Below, in pieces: positions 18,917 through 24,490 of a stretch of DNA of 24,490 bases. The notes under the pieces were generated by a model. The model saw nothing but the letters and a program-made list of their open reading frames with translations, was not told where the DNA came from and made no database searches. The DNA comes from Octopus sinensis. Its lineage: Eukaryota. The stretch spans positions 1-24,490 of the forward strand of contig NW_021836361.1 in NCBI RefSeq assembly GCF_006345805.1, in the 5' to 3' direction. Position numbers and translations under genes: made by a program. Positions within the stretch are counted from its first letter, which is position 1. Each line of letters opens with the position of its first letter.

Positions 18917-19175
18917 AATCAAAAATAGCAACAGGATACGATAATGCAGTACGATCGTTTCATGCAACTCCATTTAATTGAACAATGCAATCATTACATC
19001 GATTAAAATGCAGATCAATCCTCAGCTGCACAAAGACATAGAATTTAATTATTTAATTAATTAGAACAGATGGACACATTAGTATAATTATACCTAAATC
19101 TCCAAGAAGTTAAGGAGATAGACAAAGAACATGCTGTCTTCACTTCCGCATAGAATCTACTAAAGTATACTACAG
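18917..19175 (-). mobile_element. Short hammerhead-bearing element between (TA)n tracts (probable solo Penelope-like pLTR or retrozyme-like unit)
   Basis: ~260-bp island bounded by long (TA)n on both sides and containing a complete hammerhead motif. Confidence 0.65.
18944..19031 (-). ncRNA. Type-I hammerhead ribozyme with extended stem II
   Basis: Minus strand GTGCAG-CTGAGGA-[57 nt imperfect stem II]-GAAA-CGATCG-TA-CTGCAT: stem I 5 bp plus G-U, palindromic ACGATCGT stem III, GUA triplet; predicted cut between 18950 and 18949. Confidence 0.85.
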
Positions 19176-19995
<820 letters not shown>

Positions 19996-20433
19996 GCTCA
20001 CTAGTATTCTTGTATTCACGAGTGTATGAATATTTATATTGAAACAAACCATAATATGTTAATTTGTCTTAAAAGATTTGTGTCGGCAGACGACAAACAC
20101 CACTGGAAGTGTGATGGTAGACGTCGACAGCATAAACAATTATTACATATTACACATATAGCCCTGGTTATTCCAGGCCTACCACAATTCCCGCTTTATC
20201 TTAGATTCCATTCTAATTTCTTATCGTTTTATCTATTTATCTAGTTGTCTCTAAACACTCGGCTGTTAATTATTTTTTCGTCTGTTAAAACCAATAAGAT
20301 AAACATCACCGAAATACTTGCTTATGAACTGTTGTTACATTTTAAAAAGACACCTGATATATTTGATGTTAACATTTTTTCCCCACCATTTTTTCCCCCA
20401 AACTATCGTGCAATATTTTGTTTTTACTATTTC

Positions 20434-20444
20434 GTGTGTGTGTG

Positions 20445-20515
<71 letters not shown>
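20434..20515. repeat. (GT)n microsatellite
   Basis: Directly visible. Confidence 0.97.
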
Positions 20516-20519
<4 letters not shown>

Positions 20520-20592
20520 GTCTGAATTAAGTTTTTTTACATAGCCTTTGAAATAAACAAATTAGCAACAGGAAGCTTTAGATGAGCATGGT

Positions 20593-20602
20593 AATAATAA
20601 TG

Positions 20603-20638
<36 letters not shown>

Positions 20639-20910
20639 TAAAATAATAATAATAATAATGATAATAATAATGATAATGATGATAATAATAATCCTTTGTG
20701 CTATAGGTACAAGGCCTGAAACTTTTGGGGGAAGGGGCAAGTCAATTACATGGACCTCCAGTACTCAACTTGTACTTAATTTATCGACCCCGAAAAAAAC
20801 ATGAAAGGCAAAGTGGACCTCGACAGAATTTGAAGTCAGAACGTAAGGACGGACGAAATGCTGTTAAACATTCTGCCCTGTGTGCTAACGATTCTGCCAA
20901 CTCGCCGCCT
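20593..20910 (-). mobile_element. SINE family B (20691-20910) with long (ATT)n tail (20593-20692)
   Basis: Reverse complement of family B from AGGCGGCGAGTTGGCAGAATCG to CCTATAGCACAAAGGATTATT. Confidence 0.92.
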
Positions 20911-20938
20911 TAATAATAATGATGATGATGATGATGAT

Positions 20939-23100
20939 CCAGTGTTCCATGAACTGCTAACAAAACTGTACAACAATGTTTTGCAACAACCTAGTACTAC
21001 TTCCTCTTGGTTAGTTAATGGTGTTACATTCCTCCCTCCAAAACATGAAGAAACAAATGAACCAAAACATATAGACCCATAAATTGCTAAACAACACTGT
21101 ATAGAATACTAACATCTGTCTTGACTGAATATACCTAGAGTTTTTTTTTTTTTATAGAAAGTGGTATAATGAGCAAAATGGATGTAAACGTAGGTCCTAT
21201 GGTTGTAAAGATCAGCTACTCATCAATAAGATGATCTTAGAAGATTGTCATAAACGACACAAAAACTTGTTAGTAGCCTGGATAGACTATAAAAAAGCTT
21301 TTGATAGCCTCCTACATAGCTGGATTAAGAAATGTCTGGAAATGTATAAAATAGCGCTTACTCTGCGAAACTTTTTGTCTGTAAGTATGAGATCATGGAG
21401 AACCACACTGACTTTGAACAGTGACAATGAATCTCAGTGGTGGAGATGAAAGAATTTCATGTGGCATTTTCCAGGGTGACTCTCTAACACCACTAACTTT
21501 GATACCTCTCTCGAAATTGCTCGATAATGTACAATATGGCTATAAAATGTTTGATAAAAATATAAATCATCTCTTTTACATGGATGATTTAAAGCTCTTT
21601 GCAAAAAATTACCAACAACTACAGGGCTTGCTAGCGATTGTTAAACAATTCAGTGATGACATCAGAATGCAATTTGGCCTCGATAAATGTGCAAAAGCTA
21701 TCTTTATCAAAGGAAAAATTATAGAAACATCCAACGTTAATCTTGACCAGCAGAATGTCATAAAGAAGTTAGAACCAGCGGAGAGCTACAAATACCTAGG
21801 AGTATTTAAAGGGGACGGAATGAAGCATTCAATAATGAGGGAAAGGATCAGGAGAGAATGTTATTGCAGGGTAAGGACAATATTCAAGAAAGAGCTGAAT
21901 GCTAGAAACAGGATGGAAGCGATCAATACTTTAGCCATATTGTCGTGACTTACAATTTCAATATCATTAATTGGGGATTACTGAAATATGTAATCTTGAC
22001 AGAAAAATACGAAAATTGTTGACAATGCATAGAATGCACCACCCTAAGGCAGATATAGATCGACTTTATCTGCCAAGAAAAGAGGGAAGCCGTGGACTTT
22101 TACGACTGGCATTAACAATGAAAATTGCAACAATCGGCCTGGACACCTACCTGAAAAACTCTGGATGTTAAAACTTGTCTCAGAACATGAAAACAAGAAA
22201 GCATCATACTCAGTAACAAAACGGATAAAGGAATATCTAAGTGAATTCCAAATACAACAAATCCCAGAATTAGACGTACTGGAAGCATAGAAAAAGCTAA
22301 ACGTATGAAAACTCGTTCTAAAACTGCTGTCTTAAATATTTTTTACTGATAAATGGCAAGAAAAACCTCTCAATGGCAAATACCCAAAGAGAGCTAATAA
22401 TGCCGATGTTGACAAAGCTCTTACCCATTAATGGTTAGTGTCTTTTGGCTTAAAATCAGAAACTGAAGGGTTTATCATAGCAGCCCAAGATCAATACCTA
22501 ACTACAAGGAGCTACCAGGCCAACATATTAAAGAACGGCAGTAGCCCAACATAACATGTATGTAAACAACAAAATGAAATCATTGATCATGCCTCCATGT
22601 ACAATCAACTTGCGCCTACAGAGAATCTCAACAGGCATGATAGAGCTGCACAATATATTCACTGGGGAATTTGCAAAAATATGAACCTGGTATGGTAAAA
22701 TGTGGTGGGAACACAAATCAGTTCCAATGCTTGAAAAGGATCACATCTCACTCCTCTGGAACTTCACCGTTCAAACTGACAGAAAGATAGATGCAAATAG
22801 GTCAGACATCATATTGAAAGACTTCAGATAAAAATCATGCCTCCTCACTGATATGACTATCCCCGTCGACATAAATGTATCAGTCAAGACTTACCAAAAA
22901 CTAAGCAAGTATACAGATCTTGAAATAGAAATTGGCCTCAAGACTAAAACAATACCTTTTGTCATAGGTGCCATAGGAAAGACAGCAAAAGAGCTGATTG
23001 CTACCTAACTCAGATAACAAGAAACCTCAAAATGGCAGAAATTCAAAAGATAGTGCTCATGGGAACTGCCCACACCCTACGTAAAATACTTTCTATGTAA
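20939..23100 (+). pseudogene. Reverse transcriptase plus zinc knuckle plus restriction-like endonuclease ORF with multiple frameshifts and stops
   Basis: [117 protein letters not shown]. Confidence 0.95.
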
Positions 23101-23287
23101 TCTCAAATTTTAAAACAAATTCATAATTTTCTTATGCTTTCTTAAACATTCTCTAGAACAACACTATGTACAAAACCAAATATATGGTACCCTAAGCATA
23201 ACACTAACTTGGACCTCTAACTTGTCTCTTGAGGTTTCTGGATGAGACTTGGAGTCAACTTGTACAAATACAAAGCGAAATTCAAAC

Positions 23288-23375
<88 letters not shown>

Positions 23376-23417
23376 TGATAATATTAATAATAATAATAAT
23401 ATAATAATAATAATAAT
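20939..23417 (+). mobile_element. 5'-truncated R4/Dong-type non-LTR retrotransposon with (AAT)n tail
   Basis: Decayed single ORF to 23100, 3' UTR 23101-23288, (AAT)n 23289-23417; (AAT)(GAT)n also at the 5' flank, consistent with the TAA-repeat targeting known for Dong elements. Confidence 0.93.
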
Positions 23418-23591
23418 TTCTACTGGAAGAACAAGGCCTCATCGACCCCAGTGCATAACTGGTGATTATTTAATCGACTCCGAAAGGATGAAAGGCAAAG
23501 TTGACCCCGGCGGAATTTGAACTCAGAACGTAAAGGCAGACGAAATGCCGCTAAGCATTTCGCCTGGCATGCGTAAAGATTCAATCAGCTC
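23418..23591 (-). mobile_element. SINE family B with internal deletion
   Basis: ATCGACCCCAGTGCATAACTGGT..GAAAGGATGAAAGGCAAAG..GGCGGAATTTGAACTCAGAAC. Confidence 0.9.
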
Positions 23592-23595
23592 ATCT

Positions 23596-23812
23596 AATAA
23601 TAATAATAAATCTTTCTACTATAGGCACAAGGCCTGAAATTTCGAGTGCCTGTGTAAGTGGATTACATCGATCCCTGTGCTCAATTGGTCCATATTTTAT
23701 TGACCTCGAAATGATGAAAGGTAAAGCCGACGTCCGCGGAAGTTGAAATCGGTACGTAGAAACTGACGAAACGCCGCTAAGCATTTTGTTCGGCGTGCTA
23801 GCAGTTTTACCA
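23596..23812 (-). mobile_element. SINE family B with short (ATT)n tail
   Basis: TCTTTCTACTATAGGCACAAGGCCTGAAAT..GCCGCTAAGCATTT..GGCGTGCTA. Confidence 0.88.
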
Positions 23813-23826
23813 GTGTACAAATATGT

Positions 23827-23981
23827 GCGTAGGAGTGGCTGTGTGGTAAGTAGCTTACTTACCAACAAAACGGTTCCGGGTTCAGTCCCACTGCGTGGCA
23901 CCTTGGGCATGTCTTCTACTATAGCCTCGAGCCGACCAAAGCCTTGTGAGTGGATTTGGTAGACGGAAACTGAAAGACGCC

Positions 23982-24065
<84 letters not shown>

Positions 24066-24299
24066 GTGTTATATGTTTGTGTGTCTGTCTATGTGTCCCC
24101 AACATCGCCTGACAACCGATGCTGGTGTGTTTACGTCCCCGTAACTTAGCGGTTCGGCCAAAGTGACCGATATAATAAGTACTAGGCTTACAAAGAATAA
24201 GTGTTAGGGTCGATTTGCTCGACTAAAGGCGGTGCTCCAGCATGGCCGCAGTCACATGACTGAAACAAGTAAAAGAGTAAAAGAGAGAGTAAAAGAGAG
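23827..24299 (+). mobile_element. SINE family A, best-preserved full-length copy
   Basis: A box TGGCTGTGTGG, B box GGTTCAGTCCC, CORE-like CCTTGGGCA.GTCTT, internal (TA)n, 3' stem-loop CAGTC-ACAT-GACTG, (GTAAAAGA)n tail. Confidence 0.95.
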
Positions 24300-24319
24300 T
24301 ACATGGATGATGCACATAA

Positions 24320-24490
24320 TACTATTGTTATTATTGATTTGACTCAGGTTCGTTATAATTCCTGGTAGAATTTACGTGTGTAGTTTTTTCAAGTGCTTCC
24401 TGATAATATTTCCCGTCCCTAAGAGGTAAACTTGCTGTAGAAGCCCTACAGGGCATTCTATTCCAATATATTCCAACCGTTTGTCTATAT
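24320..24490 (-). pseudogene. 3' end of another R4/Dong-type LINE, continuing beyond the window
   Basis: Minus strand IDKRLEYIGIECPVGLLQQVYLLGTGNIIRKHL resembles IQKIVLMGTAHTLRKIL; short UTR ending CAATAATAACAATA. Confidence 0.75.

Noticed and set aside
21231-22171. Functional reverse transcriptase gene, or a bacterial retron/DGR-type system
   Set aside because: Broken by frameshifts and stops; motifs and C-terminal endonuclease are those of a eukaryotic R4/Dong-type LINE.

Overview
AT-rich eukaryotic intergenic or intronic DNA with no supportable host gene. The repeat repertoire looks cephalopod (Octopus-like); this is from recall, not a search. Almost all ORF-track entries are microsatellite or SINE artefacts. 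The window is a nested transposon landscape. It holds three tRNA-derived SINE families (working names A, B, C), an internally deleted mariner and a mariner-type MITE, and a non-autonomous Helitron. It also holds a 2.3-kb decayed R4/Dong-type (RT plus restriction-like endonuclease) LINE with two further fragments, two CR1/L2-group LINE 3' ends, and several Penelope-like (GIY-YIG) remnants. The most notable signal is a recurring set of minimal type-I hammerhead ribozyme motifs with palindromic stem III. One has an intact core with a long stem II (18944-19031, minus strand), and several sit in fold-back inverted repeats embedded in (TA)n tracts. Other highlights are a SINE/LINE shared 3' tail, modular SINE tail swaps, and microhomology-bounded chimeras.
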